Assembly: GCA_002269645.1 (NCBI GenBank) | Contig: NIVC01001189.1 | Location: 186,001-250,000, forward strand | DNA from: Macrostomum lignano | Lineage: Eukaryota | Direction: 5' to 3' | Length of the DNA: 64,000 nucleotides | Shown: piece after piece, positions 63,241 to 64,000 of the stretch | Layout of the letters: every line of letters begins with the position of its first letter | Numbering within the stretch: position 1 is the first letter of the stretch | Made by a program: the position numbers and the translations under genes | Notes under the pieces: generated by a model | What the model saw: the letters and a program-made list of their open reading frames with translations, nothing else | What the model was told of the DNA's origin: nothing | The model's database searches: none

Positions 63241-64000
63241 TCTTAGTCTTCATCTTGGTTCATCTTAGATTCATATTGGTCCATGACCCAGACTAGGCCT
63301 AGCCGCCTAGTTTATATGTTGACCCATTCATTGGCTATCTATTTACTCATCTTTAGTCAATTGGCATATTTGTAGTAGTCAAATATAAAATATATGTAGG
63401 CCTAGGGCAACTCAGCCTCAGCCCTCAGTATGATGCTGTTTTCTTTTAGGGAAATTTCCTGAACAAAAATGGGTTTCTGACTCAAAGTCAAATATTTGGC
63501 ACAGACTCAAAGTAAGAATGATAGCCTAATATATAAAAAGGCTTAAATTACAATGTAGGCTGTATTATCAATTATCATGCAATACTATTGAAAGATATGC
63601 CATTTCTTTGGTGCAGACAGACATAGGTCTAAGCCAGGGTCCAGATTATGTAATAGTATACCTCGGAACAAGAATCCTATCTCAGCTAAATGTATGCCAA
63701 TATACACCAAAAAAGTTCCCTAAAATATATGCCAAAAATTCCTCTTAAAAAGGTAATTTGGTTTTTAGGAGTAGAGTTTCCTGAAAAAAAGGCTTTCATA
63801 CAAAAAGTACATTTAAAATATTACAAGTACTTTCATTTTAAAAAAAACTTGAATTAAACCTATAGAAATAATAATGCAAAATGTATGTTTTAGCAATCAT
63901 TTATACTAGGCCTAATCTTATTTATTGCTAATTTTAAAGAAGCAAAAAGTTTGTCCCTGACTTTCTAGACTATACAAATTTTCTTTTATTTTATATAAAA

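Overview
Eukaryotic (animal) DNA with GT-AG introns, GC-rich exons and very dense minisatellites. This style resembles a free-living flatworm such as Macrostomum, which is an inference only. Genes supported by the sequence: a two-exon SRSF4/5/6-type SR protein (+), a three-exon charged orphan gene (-), a nine-exon NACHT/WD40 (NWD2-like) gene (-) whose splice phases add up to about 2650 aa, an intronless ELAV/Hu gene (-), and a two-exon orphan class A GPCR (+) head-to-head with ELAV. The largest accessory element is an intact, very young 9.6-kb Ty3/Gypsy LTR retrotransposon (10082-19668, minus strand). It has 711-bp LTRs with one difference seen by eye, a tRNA-Leu PBS and a GGGAAAC -1 frameshift. 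In the env position it carries a non-env cassette with its own CCAAT/TATA promoter and polyA signal. That cassette is a 456-aa acidic/PQ-rich ORF3 with a BESS-like motif, overlapped at a TGATG stop-start by a 62-aa ORF4, and is the best candidate for an undescribed system. The rest holds two tRNA-derived SINE families, several MITEs and about 18 tandem arrays, several of which multiply transcription-factor-like motifs. All alignments and counts were done by eye; no database searches were run.
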